In this document: positions 29,694 through 40,635 of the stretch, piece after piece | Layout: each line of letters opens with the position of its first letter | Numbering within the stretch: position 1 is the first letter of the stretch | Source of the DNA: a bacterium | Lineage (GTDB): Bacteria > UBP6 > UBA1177 > JAGLDR01 | Assembly (NCBI GenBank): GCA_023145475.1 | Contig: JAGLDR010000076.1 | Location: 5,488 to 69,487 of the forward strand | Direction of reading: 5' to 3' | DNA: 64,000 nucleotides | Translations under genes and position numbers: made by a program | Notes under the pieces: model-generated | Databases searched by the model: none | Told to the model about the DNA's origin: nothing | The model's input: the letters and a program-made list of their open reading frames with translations, nothing else

Positions 29694-29743
29694 TAATTAA
29701 AGAATCTTAGGAATCTATTCCTGAGTTTCGCACGGAGGAATGT

Positions 29744-31339
29744 ATGAAAAGAAAAGATGAAGACAGATTGAGTAACCTGAGTCCATTTGAGGTGAAAAAC
29801 ATCTTGCTCGAACTTGCAGATTCAAAACATGACAGACACCTTATAAACGCCGGGCGGGGAAATCCAAATTGGGTTGCAACAGTCCCACGGGAAGCGTTTT
29901 TCAAATTAGGTGAGTTTGCACTCCATGAGGCACAACGAGGATTTCAAAAATATGACAATTTTGGTGGTGTTGCCCAAATTAAAGGCATCTCTCAACGATT
30001 TCAGGATTATTTTAAAGATAAAAAAGAGTTTAATGGTGTAAAGCTTCTGCTTGAAGCAGTTGAGTATTGTCAAAAAGAGTTGGGTATTGAGAGCGACAGT
30101 CTGATTGATGAATGGGTGGATGGCATTCTGGGTGATAACTACCCCGTTCCAGATAGAATGCTCAAAGAGAGTGAAAAAATTGTGCGACAATATCTGATGC
30201 AAGAGATGAACACTGAAAAGAGACCACTGAACGACACATTTGACATTTTTGCAGTCGAAGGTGGAACAGCGGCAATGGTCTATATCTTCAACTCTCTCAA
30301 ATCAAACAGACTGCTGAACAGTGGCGACACAATTGCCATTGCAGCACCAATATTTACCCCCTATATCGAAATGCCCGGATTTGAAGATTACAACCTCAAG
30401 ACAGTAGAGATTGTTGCAGACGAGATGACAGGATGGCAAATTCCTGATGCTGAACTTGAAAAATTGAAAGATCCAAAAATCAAGGCATTCTTTTTGGTAA
30501 ATCCAACCAATCCACCATCCGTTAAACTCGATGATAGAACTCTGAATAAAATTGTAGAAATCACCAAAGAGAGACCAGACCTTATTCTTCTAACCGATGA
30601 TGTTTATGGAACTTTTACTGATAACTTCACCTCTCTCGCAATTATGGCTCCTAAAAACACTATTTTAGTCTACTCATTCTCAAAATATTTTGGAGCAACT
30701 GGTTGGAGACTTGGGGCAATTGCAATAGCGAAGGATAATATCTTTGACAGACTGATTAGCAAGCATAATGCAGAGACAAAAAAGCTTCTCAACAAGCGAT
30801 ATGAGGGAATCTCCCTCCACCCCGAAGAGGTAACATTTATTAATAGAATGGTGGCAGACAGCAGAGCCGTTGCACTGAACCACACTGCAGGATTATCAAC
30901 ACCACAGCAGATGCAGATGGTGCTTTTTAGCCTTTTCTCACTCTCTAGTTTTGGGAAACAGTACAAAATTGAAGCAAAAGAGATTGTAAGAGAGCGATAT
31001 GCAGCAGTTATAGAAGACTCTCCTGTTGTGCCACTTGTGCCACTTGACAATCCTCACGGAGCATTTTACTACATTGAAATTGATGTGTTGCGAATTGCCA
31101 TCAAAATGTATGGTGAGAAGTTTGGAAAATGGTTAGTCGACACACACAATCCACTTGATTTTGTCATCCGATATGCTGAAGAGAAGAAGGTGATTGCAAT
31201 GCCAGGAGGCGGATTTGACGCACCAGAATGGTCATTTCGTCTCTCTCTTGCAAACAATTTCAAATCTGAATACCGTGAGATTCACACATACGGAATGGAA
31301 ATCCTCAAAGAATACTACCAAGAATTCAAAGAGCAATAG
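29744..31339 (+). CDS. asdA: aspartate 4-decarboxylase (PLP-dependent, aminotransferase class I fold)
   Basis: 531 aa. LSPFEVKN, NAGRGNPNW, VEGGTAAMVYIF, PIFTPYIEMP, NPTNPPSVKLD, LTDDVYGTF, LVYSFSKYFGATGWRLG and ADSRAVALNHTAGLSTPQQMQM match AsdA-specific conserved blocks. Confidence 0.85.
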   Translation: MKRKDEDRLSNLSPFEVKNILLELADSKHDRHLINAGRGNPNWVATVPREAFFKLGEFALHEAQRGFQKYDNFGGVAQIKGISQRFQDYFKDKKEFNGVKLLLEAVEYCQKELGIESDSLIDEWVDGILGDNYPVPDRMLKESEKIVRQYLMQEMNTEKRPLNDTFDIFAVEGGTAAMVYIFNSLKSNRLLNSGDTIAIAAPIFTPYIEMPGFEDYNLKTVEIVADEMTGWQIPDAELEKLKDPKIKAFFLVNPTNPPSVKLDDRTLNKIVEITKERPDLILLTDDVYGTFTDNFTSLAIMAPKNTILVYSFSKYFGATGWRLGAIAIAKDNIFDRLISKHNAETKKLLNKRYEGISLHPEEVTFINRMVADSRAVALNHTAGLSTPQQMQMVLFSLFSLSSFGKQYKIEAKEIVRERYAAVIEDSPVVPLVPLDNPHGAFYYIEIDVLRIAIKMYGEKFGKWLVDTHNPLDFVIRYAEEKKVIAMPGGGFDAPEWSFRLSLANNFKSEYREIHTYGMEILKEYYQEFKEQ

Positions 31340-31464
31340 TCGCACTAATATTATCATCTAAATTATCTGTGTAACACTCCTCAGTGTGGCTCTCAATCAA
31401 TATTTTTACTTTGTCCTTCTAATTGCTTATACTGAAACGATGAAATGACCCACTGGAGAGCAGA

Positions 31465-32781
31465 ATGGAAAAGAAAAAAAGAAGAAAAATCGGATTGACA
31501 ACGCAAATCTTTATCGCTCTGTTTGTTGGAGCATTTTTTGGTGTTATTCTCAATCTGTTGCCCAAAGAAAGCGCAATCGGAATATGGTCACAAGAGTGGA
31601 TTGTCAACCACTTTCTTACAACGGTTGGAGCAATGTTTATCGCATCAATCAAAATGTTGGTTGTTCCGCTTGTTCTCATCTCCCTTATTCTTGGAACTGC
31701 ATCAATTGGAGATATGCGCTCTGTCGGCAGAGTTGGCGGAAAGACACTCATCTTTTATTTGATGACGACAGCAATTGCGATTGGTACTGCACTTCTATTT
31801 GCGACTCTTTTTCAACCCGGGAGTAACTTGTCAATGCATCTAGCCGCTGGAGCAGCAAAAATTAAGGAAGCACCATCACTTCAAGAGATTATCATTGGTC
31901 TTGTTCCATCAAATCCTTTTAAAGCTCTTGCTGACGGAAATATGCTACAAGTTATTGTATTTTCTATTATTTTTGGGCTTGCTCTTGCCAGTCTTGGAAA
32001 AAAAGTAGAAAAACTTATGACCATTCTTGAGCAGATAAACGATGTGGTCATGCGGATGATTATGCTGATTATGTTGGTTGCTCCGCTGGGTGTTTTTGCA
32101 CTGGTTGCAAAAGTGTTTGCAACTGAAGGGTTCGCTGCCTTTGTACCACTTTTGTCCTATGTTGGCACCGTCTTTTTTGTCCTTATGTTTCACCTTTTTA
32201 TTGTCTACACGGGGGCGTTGCGGTTTATTGCAAATCTCAGCCCTTTTATCTTTTTCAAAAAGTTTTATTCCACAATGCTCTTTGCCTTTTCAACGGCAAG
32301 CAGTAACGCGACAATCCCTGTAACAATGGAAACAGTCGAACATAAAATGGGCGTTGACCGCTCCGTTGCCTCTTTTACCATCCCATTTGGTGCCACCATC
32401 AATATGGATGGAACGGCAATTATGCAAGGAGTCGCAGTTGCATTTATCGCACAGGCGTATGGCATCGACCTCTCGTTTGCTGACTATATGTTGGTGATTT
32501 TAACAGCCACGCTGGCAACCGTTGGAACCGCCGGCGTTCCTGGTGTTGGACTTATTACACTCTCAATGGTTTTGCAGCAGGTTAATCTTCCTGTTGAAGG
32601 AATTGCACTGATTATGGGCGTTGATAGAGTGCTTGATATGACAAGAACAGCGGTTAACATCACTGGCGACACTATCGTTACACTCATTGTTGGAAAATCA
32701 GAAAAGAAATTTGATAAAAGTGTCTTTTTAGACCCAAACGCAGGCATTGCGAACGAAGAGAGTGCCGAGAATATTATCTAA
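31465..32781 (+). CDS. dicarboxylate/amino acid:cation symporter (DAACS family, GltP/GltT-like)
   Basis: 438 aa; SSNATIPV and the hairpin-loop motifs (GATINMDGTA, TAGVPGVGLI) characterise the Glt transporter family. Confidence 0.85.
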   Translation: MEKKKRRKIGLTTQIFIALFVGAFFGVILNLLPKESAIGIWSQEWIVNHFLTTVGAMFIASIKMLVVPLVLISLILGTASIGDMRSVGRVGGKTLIFYLMTTAIAIGTALLFATLFQPGSNLSMHLAAGAAKIKEAPSLQEIIIGLVPSNPFKALADGNMLQVIVFSIIFGLALASLGKKVEKLMTILEQINDVVMRMIMLIMLVAPLGVFALVAKVFATEGFAAFVPLLSYVGTVFFVLMFHLFIVYTGALRFIANLSPFIFFKKFYSTMLFAFSTASSNATIPVTMETVEHKMGVDRSVASFTIPFGATINMDGTAIMQGVAVAFIAQAYGIDLSFADYMLVILTATLATVGTAGVPGVGLITLSMVLQQVNLPVEGIALIMGVDRVLDMTRTAVNITGDTIVTLIVGKSEKKFDKSVFLDPNAGIANEESAENII

Positions 32782-35092
32782 ACTCTACCATCGTCGATCC
32801 ATCTTTTCCCCCACCCGCAAACCGATACCCATAGTGAGAAACAAGCTCACCAAGTCTTGCACGAATCTTCTCTTTCAAGACACCCGTTCCATGACCATGA
32901 ATAATCTCAATAGAATAAACATCACCACTAAAGGCTCTATCAATCTCTATTTCAAGTCTGTGAATTGCCTCTTCTGCACTCATTCCTCGTAAATCGAGAG
33001 TAAATGAAGTAACACCACCCTGAGAAGTGGGTGCAATAAAGTGACTTTTAGCCTCTGGCTTCTTACCGACGACTATCAATCTGGAAATTGGCATTGTCAA
33101 CACCTTGCCATTTGCTCTGATTGTTGCATTCTTTCCTGAGAACGACTCTATAATTCCTTCAATTTTCAGTAACTTATCATAGACCACTGCCTCGCCTTTT
33201 TTAATGCTATCTTTCAAGTCACTCAGCGGTGTCCCACTCTTTTCATCTGTTGATATGGTCTGATTTTCTATCTTTTTTTGCAGAACTTTCTTCTCTTCTC
33301 TCACTTTATGCACTTGATTTGCCAACCGTTTTTCATCGATGGTTGCCAACCGTTTTTGCAACTCTTGCTCTTCAAGTTCCAGCAATTTTTTGAGTGCTCT
33401 GAATCGCTCTGCTTCAAAGGCTTTTTCTCTTTTTGCGTGCCGTTTTTTCAGCTCTTCGGCATCTTGCATCGCCTTCTCTGCCTGCATACGAAGCTGCTCT
33501 AACTCACGCTCTCTTTCTAACAATTCTGTCTCTTTTTTACGCAGTCTATTGATAAGTGGCTCTATTGAGTGTTCACCGCTTGAAAGCAGCGACTCGAGAC
33601 GACTAATAATTCCCTGAGGAAAACCTATCTTTCTTACAAGATTCAGCGCGTTACTCCCCCCAACAAGATTGTATAGAAAGTGGTAGGTTGGAACATTTTG
33701 CTCTTCATCATATCCCATCGCAACAGGGACAAAACTGTCGTGCTCTAGTGCAACACTTTTCACTTCGGCTAAGTGAGATGTTACAACTGTCCAGACACCT
33801 CTCTCTTGTAAAAATTCTAGAAATGCTCGCGCCATCGCACCACCCTGCAGCGGATCGGTTCCACTTCCTATCTCATCAATCAAAACTAACTCACGAGATG
33901 AGGCACTCTCTGCAATTCTCGAAAGTTCTCGCAAGTGGCTCGAAAAACTCGACTCTCCTGCGTGAGCACTTTGTAAATCGCCAAGCACCAGATGCACATT
34001 TTCAAAAAATGGAATTTCAACTCTTTCTGCGGGGACGGGCAAACCTCTGCGTGAAAGTTCGGCAACGGTATGCACTGTCTTGAGTGAAACTGTCTTTCCA
34101 CCCGCATTTGGCCCACTCACCACCATAATTCTCTGATTGTCAGCAAAAAGAAAATCATTTTTCACCAGTTCACTCTTGTTACTCAACATAACAGGAGGAT
34201 ACCACGCCTGAACGATATTTGTCCGAGAATCGCTAAAGTGAGGAACAGCACAGTGATAACTTTCACTCCACTTAAAAACAGTATAGAGCGTCTCAAGCAG
34301 TGTCGCGGCAAAAATCGCTCGCTTTATCTCGCCTCTTGCTCTAAATATGCTTCCTCGTAACTCATTGACAATTCTTGTTATTTCTTCATTTTCATCTGCA
34401 ACAAGCAGTGCAAGTCTATTGTTCGTATCCATCAAGGAAAGAGGTTCAAGAAAGGCGGTCTTTCCAGTGCGAGAATAGTTGTGAACAACGCCTTTTACCA
34501 CTCGTTTAAATGCCGATTTAAAAGGAAGAACATACCGATCGTGCCGTACAGTAAAATACTCTTCTTGCAACAATCCGCCATATTCTGGATCTTTTATCAT
34601 CGATGTTATTGCACTTCCTGCTCGAGTGTGAGTATCTCGCATTCTTGCACGAATCTTTTGCAACTCTTTTGATGCATCTTCAGCTATTTCACCTTTTGGC
34701 GTTACCGTATTAAAAATTTCATTTTCTAACTTTATTGGTGGAGAAATTGGTCCAATCTCAGACAAAATCGCTGTCGGGTATTCAGCATACCGAAGTGCAG
34801 AAAGTGTCTGACGAACCGTTCGCAAAAACTCTCCAATGTGGCGATATGCTCCAATCTCTAATGACTCATTTGCATCAAAAGCACGCATTGTCTCGTTTAC
34901 GCTATCGAGACTAAAACTCACTTGCACTGCCTCAGTTTTATGAAGTGTTTTATACTCTTCAAGCTGAGAAAACTTCTTTTCTGCCTCACTCTGTGAAAGT
35001 GGTGGCAAAGATTCTACTGCGGACTGTGCACCTTTTGAAGGAGCAAAAGATGCTATCCAACGCAGTATGTCAAACCATTCATTGTTGTACAT
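32774..35092 (-). CDS. mutS2: endonuclease MutS2 (MutS domain + C-terminal Smr)
   Basis: 772 aa; Walker A GPNAGGKT; the C-terminal Smr domain runs LDLRGMSAEEA...IIHGHGTGVLK. Its 3' end overlaps the convergent DAACS gene by 8 nt. Confidence 0.9.
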   Translation of the reverse strand: MYNNEWFDILRWIASFAPSKGAQSAVESLPPLSQSEAEKKFSQLEEYKTLHKTEAVQVSFSLDSVNETMRAFDANESLEIGAYRHIGEFLRTVRQTLSALRYAEYPTAILSEIGPISPPIKLENEIFNTVTPKGEIAEDASKELQKIRARMRDTHTRAGSAITSMIKDPEYGGLLQEEYFTVRHDRYVLPFKSAFKRVVKGVVHNYSRTGKTAFLEPLSLMDTNNRLALLVADENEEITRIVNELRGSIFRARGEIKRAIFAATLLETLYTVFKWSESYHCAVPHFSDSRTNIVQAWYPPVMLSNKSELVKNDFLFADNQRIMVVSGPNAGGKTVSLKTVHTVAELSRRGLPVPAERVEIPFFENVHLVLGDLQSAHAGESSFSSHLRELSRIAESASSRELVLIDEIGSGTDPLQGGAMARAFLEFLQERGVWTVVTSHLAEVKSVALEHDSFVPVAMGYDEEQNVPTYHFLYNLVGGSNALNLVRKIGFPQGIISRLESLLSSGEHSIEPLINRLRKKETELLERERELEQLRMQAEKAMQDAEELKKRHAKREKAFEAERFRALKKLLELEEQELQKRLATIDEKRLANQVHKVREEKKVLQKKIENQTISTDEKSGTPLSDLKDSIKKGEAVVYDKLLKIEGIIESFSGKNATIRANGKVLTMPISRLIVVGKKPEAKSHFIAPTSQGGVTSFTLDLRGMSAEEAIHRLEIEIDRAFSGDVYSIEIIHGHGTGVLKEKIRARLGELVSHYGYRFAGGGKDGSTMVEFR

Positions 35093-35101
35093 CTAAAACT
35101 G

Positions 35102-35635
35102 CTATTCGTTGTGATTATAAGAGATAATATCGGGTGCGGGCAGAGTAATCGAAAGAATAATCTCAAGACTGAACTTATTTTGTGTCAGCAGGTGAAAATA
35201 TTCATCTTCTTTTTGATCTCCACCATCTTCAATAAACTTTTTATGGTGCCGTGCAATATCAATTTCACTCATTGCAGCAACACCAGGACACGATTTTGCA
35301 ACTTCAACTTGCCACTCTTTGTCTTCAAAAAACTCAATGACAAAAGGGGTATGTGAACATTGCCACGGCTTTGCAGAGTGGACTGAGCAGACTCCTTCTT
35401 GCAGAAAAAGACAGCTCTTTTTTTCATCTTTTTTAAGAATAAGATAGGGATAGTAGATAAACGATCTCTCATCTTCAAGCACTTCAAGCAAGACAAAAGA
35501 GGTATAGGTATCAACAAAATTCTGCACAGAGAGTTCAAAATGTTTTGCAAGTCGCTTCACATCGTCAGGAAAGAGATAGACACTCCCCTCTCCAGTGCAA
35601 CATGAGCCACACATCTGACACGAGAAATCAGCCAT
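35102..35635 (-). CDS. YkgJ-family CxxCxxCC zinc/iron-chelating domain protein
   Basis: The N-terminal FSCQMCGSCCTGEG matches the UPF0153 / YkgJ Cys-cluster motif. Confidence 0.6.
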   Translation of the reverse strand: MADFSCQMCGSCCTGEGSVYLFPDDVKRLAKHFELSVQNFVDTYTSFVLLEVLEDERSFIYYPYLILKKDEKKSCLFLQEGVCSVHSAKPWQCSHTPFVIEFFEDKEWQVEVAKSCPGVAAMSEIDIARHHKKFIEDGGDQKEDEYFHLLTQNKFSLEIILSITLPAPDIISYNHNE

Positions 35636-36539
35636 CGCTCACCTCTAGTTTTCCATCATTCTCACGAAATATTGTTGTAGAAAAGAGATAAAGCGTTGCA
35701 CTATCTTGCTCTAACTCATCTTTTTTCAGTCCATATTGCCGTGCTTTTTTCTTGATGGAGCGAAAAAGAGTCTTTCCCTTCATCTCCCACGGCATCGCAC
35801 GCAATTTTGCACCACGACTTTTCAAATAAAAGCCATCTTTCCCTCGATTAAATCGCTTTTCAACCCACACCTGCTTTTTTGAACCAAGCTGCGTATAACG
35901 CCCATGAAAATAGACACGAAACTCAAGCAGGTCTGCATCCTTATCTTTTGTTTTCAACATAGCATGTAAAAGAGTATTCGCACGCTTGATTGCATCAGAA
36001 AAGGCAAATTCACTAAAGGTAATCGAGACAACTGGCTTTCGGCTTTTCCCAAAAAAGGTGGCCGTAAAAAGAATCATATCGCGACTCTCTTCAAGTGATG
36101 AGGTATCACACTCATTGCGCCTCACACAGCTGTAAAGTGCCTCAGCATAGGGCCGCAGATTGCGTTGCAAATTTTTCAGCAAAACGACCCTGTCAGAAAG
36201 ATAGATATACCCTCTTTTTGCAACAGGCTTACGATTGAGCAGATGCTGCACATCACCAGTTTGAGCAGATGGCAGTATTACAAGTTGACATTGAGAACTG
36301 TCTGACTCAAGAGCATCAAGCGTAAAGCTATCAATCGCTCGCGTGAGAGTGGCATCAAAATTACCAACGCCAAACTGTGTCAGTGTCTCGCACTGTTCAT
36401 GAATAATTTTTTCAATAGGATCGGTTGGCTTTCGAAGTTCAACAAAGACGGTAATAACAGTAAAGAGAAAAAAGATAAGCCCGACAAGAATTGCAATATA
36501 TTTTAGAAGTTTTTCACCTGTTAAGCGAAAGCCTGACAT
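35628..36539 (-). CDS. membrane-anchored hypothetical protein
   Basis: 303 aa; a single N-terminal TM helix (YIAILVGLIFFLFTVITVFV), then a basic C-terminal region. No family recognised. Confidence 0.4.
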   Translation of the reverse strand: MSGFRLTGEKLLKYIAILVGLIFFLFTVITVFVELRKPTDPIEKIIHEQCETLTQFGVGNFDATLTRAIDSFTLDALESDSSQCQLVILPSAQTGDVQHLLNRKPVAKRGYIYLSDRVVLLKNLQRNLRPYAEALYSCVRRNECDTSSLEESRDMILFTATFFGKSRKPVVSITFSEFAFSDAIKRANTLLHAMLKTKDKDADLLEFRVYFHGRYTQLGSKKQVWVEKRFNRGKDGFYLKSRGAKLRAMPWEMKGKTLFRSIKKKARQYGLKKDELEQDSATLYLFSTTIFRENDGKLEVSDG

Positions 36540-36545
36540 TCCGTT

Positions 36546-37829
36546 TTATTGCTCTTCTGTTGCAGTATAAGTTGAAAGAAATGTGCTACTTATCTCAAGT
36601 GATGCTTTCGTTTTCAGCTCGTCAATATAATTCATTAACAGTGTTCCAGCCTTTCTTGATGACATTCTTTTGTCCATATCAAACTTTGCTGTTTTAAACT
36701 TTTCCATATCAATAGGAGGATGTTCAACAACACGCACAACAACCAGTTGTCCCGCATCTGTTGCAACAACTTCAGGAAGCCATGCAGGAGCAGTTTTCAG
36801 TGCAAACAACTTTTCAACGAGTGGCTTATCCATCCCAATACCGGGAAGATATACAGCACTCTTTTTGATGTTGTCAAGCGGTTTAAGCTCAAGCTTCCAG
36901 TCTGCAAATTCTTTTGTCAACACTTCATTTGTCAGAGGTGCATCAGCTTTTGTCAAAGCAAGAAGACGCTGTGAATCACTCTTCAGAAGTGCGTCAATAG
37001 CGGCATCAACAACCATCTTTTTTGCTATTTCATTCTTAACTGCTGCAAACTCTTTTTTGACTGTTGCGCCACCTGTTGCCTTTGTTGCAAACTCGTCACC
37101 GTGAGTGTCAAAATATGCTTTAACCTTTGGTGCATCCTTTGTAAGAAATGCCGTAACAGCTGCATCAGTTATACTCTTTGCGATACGCTCTTTTGCATCT
37201 GCGGTAAGTGCTGCGCGAGACAAAAGAATAAACTCAGCCTTCAATTGCTCATTATTATTAATATACTCATCTTTAACCTCAGCTGATGAAACACCAGTTG
37301 AAACACCAAGAAAGTTTATCAGTTTCTGTGCTTGAAGCTCTCTTCTTACACGAACTTCATACTGCTTAACAGAGGCATTAATTTGAAACTGCACCGCTCT
37401 GCGATAAAGCTCCATATCAAAAGCACCCTCTTTTTGAAAAGCTGGGTTGTCTCTTATCACCTTTGCAATTTCAACATCACTGACATGAAAACCCATTGAA
37501 TCAGCTTTTTGAGCGAGCAACAACATTCCCACCAGACGATCCATTGTATTTTTCCCTAATCCTTGTTCACGAGCCATTTTCTCGTTAAAATTAGGAAAAA
37601 CACGAGCATAGTAATCGTATTGCCTGTTGTATTCATAGCGAAATTCCGCTTCCGTGATAATGTCGCCATTCACTGTTGCAGCATACTTGTCAGCAGTAGC
37701 AAGGCCACCCTGACTCCCCGGACCAAAGCTGATAACAAAAGTTACAATTATAATGCCAAACATAATAGCGATAACAATTGAACTACTCTTTTTTCTTAAA
37801 TCAGTAAACATTAGAACCTCGCTTCTCAT
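36546..37829 (-). CDS. PpiD/SurA_N-like periplasmic chaperone (no obvious PPIase domain)
   Basis: An N-terminal TM anchor followed by the TVNGDIITEAEF motif typical of the PpiD/SurA N-domain. 427 aa; no parvulin signature seen. Confidence 0.5.
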   Translation of the reverse strand: MRSEVLMFTDLRKKSSSIVIAIMFGIIIVTFVISFGPGSQGGLATADKYAATVNGDIITEAEFRYEYNRQYDYYARVFPNFNEKMAREQGLGKNTMDRLVGMLLLAQKADSMGFHVSDVEIAKVIRDNPAFQKEGAFDMELYRRAVQFQINASVKQYEVRVRRELQAQKLINFLGVSTGVSSAEVKDEYINNNEQLKAEFILLSRAALTADAKERIAKSITDAAVTAFLTKDAPKVKAYFDTHGDEFATKATGGATVKKEFAAVKNEIAKKMVVDAAIDALLKSDSQRLLALTKADAPLTNEVLTKEFADWKLELKPLDNIKKSAVYLPGIGMDKPLVEKLFALKTAPAWLPEVVATDAGQLVVVRVVEHPPIDMEKFKTAKFDMDKRMSSRKAGTLLMNYIDELKTKASLEISSTFLSTYTATEEQ

Positions 37830-37903
37830 CTTAATCCAAAATACACCCGCGATTGTAATAAGATGGTCTCAAAAAGCAACTATTTATCGAAGAGGAATGT
37901 ATT

Positions 37904-39172
37904 TCAAAAGAAAAGATGAGAAAAAACAAGTGCTGCCAAAACGCCAGAGACATCTGCAATCAGAGCAGCGGGCAGTGCATACCGTGTCCTGCGGATGCCA
38001 ACAGCACCAAAATAGACAGCCAAAACATAAAATGTCGTCTCAGTCGAACCCTGCATAACAGAGACAAGATAGGAGAGAAATGAGTTAGGCTCTCGTTGGA
38101 CAATTTCAGACATAACCCCAAACGCGCCCGATCCACTCAATGGACGAATGAGCGCCATCGAAATCGCCTCTGTTGGCATACCAATAAAGGTGGTCAAAGG
38201 AGATATAAGAGAGCTGAGGATATCCATCGCTCCCGACGCACGAAACATTGCCGTTGCTGCAAAGATTGCCACCATAAAGGGAATTATTTTCACTGCAACC
38301 TTAAATCCTTCAGAGGCACCTGCCGTTAATGTCTCATAAATAGGTACTCGCTTTATAAAACCAACAAGCAGAAAAAATGCCATCAAAAGTGGAATTAACG
38401 CCTCCGTGAAGAGCGTTGTCAGCCCCTGCTTTTCAGCGAGAGAGCCTTGCGTGTGAAGCATTCCAGCAACAAGAACAACAAAAAAGAGTATAACGATAGC
38501 TATGCGGCTTTTTGAGGAAGAAGAGTTATCACCTTCCACCTCTTCTGCTGGCACATATTCAGCCAAAACAGGGGCTTTGCCTGGCATCCATTTCCGGAAT
38601 GAAAGTGAGGCAACAATAGCCATCATTGTTGAGACTCCTGTTGCTAAAATCGCAGGGATAAGAATTGCGGCAGGCTCTGTTGCTCCAGCAGCCGCGCGAA
38701 CAGCAATAACACCGAGTGGAAGCACGGTAACACTTGAAGTATTAACCGCCAAAAAGAGGCACATAGCGTCAGTTGCTGTCCCCTTCTCCGCACTCAGGGT
38801 GTCAAGCTCCTGCATCGCTTTAATACCAAGCGGGGTTGCAGCATTTCCAAGACCGAGTGCATTTGCCGCCATATTCATAACCATCGAACTCATCGCAGGG
38901 TGGTCTGGCGGAACATCAGGAAAGAGCCTTCTCATCACTGGTGTAATGAGCCGTGCAATCACCTTCATCGCTCCTGCCTCTTCAAGCACTTTAATAATGC
39001 CAAGCCAGAGAGCCATCGCTCCAATCAGACCGATAGCAAGCGTTACTGCGGCCTTTGCTCCATCAAAACTAGCTTGCGTTACCGCAGCGAACCGTCCAGT
39101 CCATGCGGCAACCAAGATAGAGGTCAATACCAATGCCAACCAAATGGCATCCATTGGTTTAATTTTATTCAT
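37904..39172 (-). CDS. nucleoside-recognition (Gate) domain membrane protein, fused SpmA/SpmB-like
   Basis: 422 aa polytopic protein with duplicated Gate/nucleoside-transporter-like halves. It lies 9 nt downstream of eno. Confidence 0.5.
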   Translation of the reverse strand: MNKIKPMDAIWLALVLTSILVAAWTGRFAAVTQASFDGAKAAVTLAIGLIGAMALWLGIIKVLEEAGAMKVIARLITPVMRRLFPDVPPDHPAMSSMVMNMAANALGLGNAATPLGIKAMQELDTLSAEKGTATDAMCLFLAVNTSSVTVLPLGVIAVRAAAGATEPAAILIPAILATGVSTMMAIVASLSFRKWMPGKAPVLAEYVPAEEVEGDNSSSSKSRIAIVILFFVVLVAGMLHTQGSLAEKQGLTTLFTEALIPLLMAFFLLVGFIKRVPIYETLTAGASEGFKVAVKIIPFMVAIFAATAMFRASGAMDILSSLISPLTTFIGMPTEAISMALIRPLSGSGAFGVMSEIVQREPNSFLSYLVSVMQGSTETTFYVLAVYFGAVGIRRTRYALPAALIADVSGVLAALVFSHLFF

Positions 39173-39180
39173 CGATTTTG

Positions 39181-40488
<1,308 letters not shown>

Positions 40489-40572
40489 TTAATTCTCGTC
40501 CGAGACAGTATAGCGGTGATGAAGATGTGATACAAATAAAAAGAGATATTTTTCTTTCTATAAAATAATACT

Positions 40573-40600
40573 TTGAATTTCCTGAGAATAGATATAAAAT
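40573..40600 (+). promoter_or_regulatory. candidate sigma70 promoter (TTGAAT-16-TAAAAT) for the C25 peptidase gene
   Basis: -35 at 40573-40578 and -10 at 40595-40600. The AAGAGGGAG RBS and ATG at 40636 follow. Confidence 0.3.
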
Positions 40601-40635
40601 GGAATGAAAATATTCTCAACAAGAGGGAGTTCTCT

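Noticed and set aside
36670-37104. 144-aa plus-strand Ser/Ala-rich ORF and several other 60-130-aa ORFs (e.g. 2915-3325, 12198-12509, 6818-7150)
   Set aside because: All are embedded antisense or out-of-frame within longer ORFs that have clear homology. They are typical shadow ORFs.
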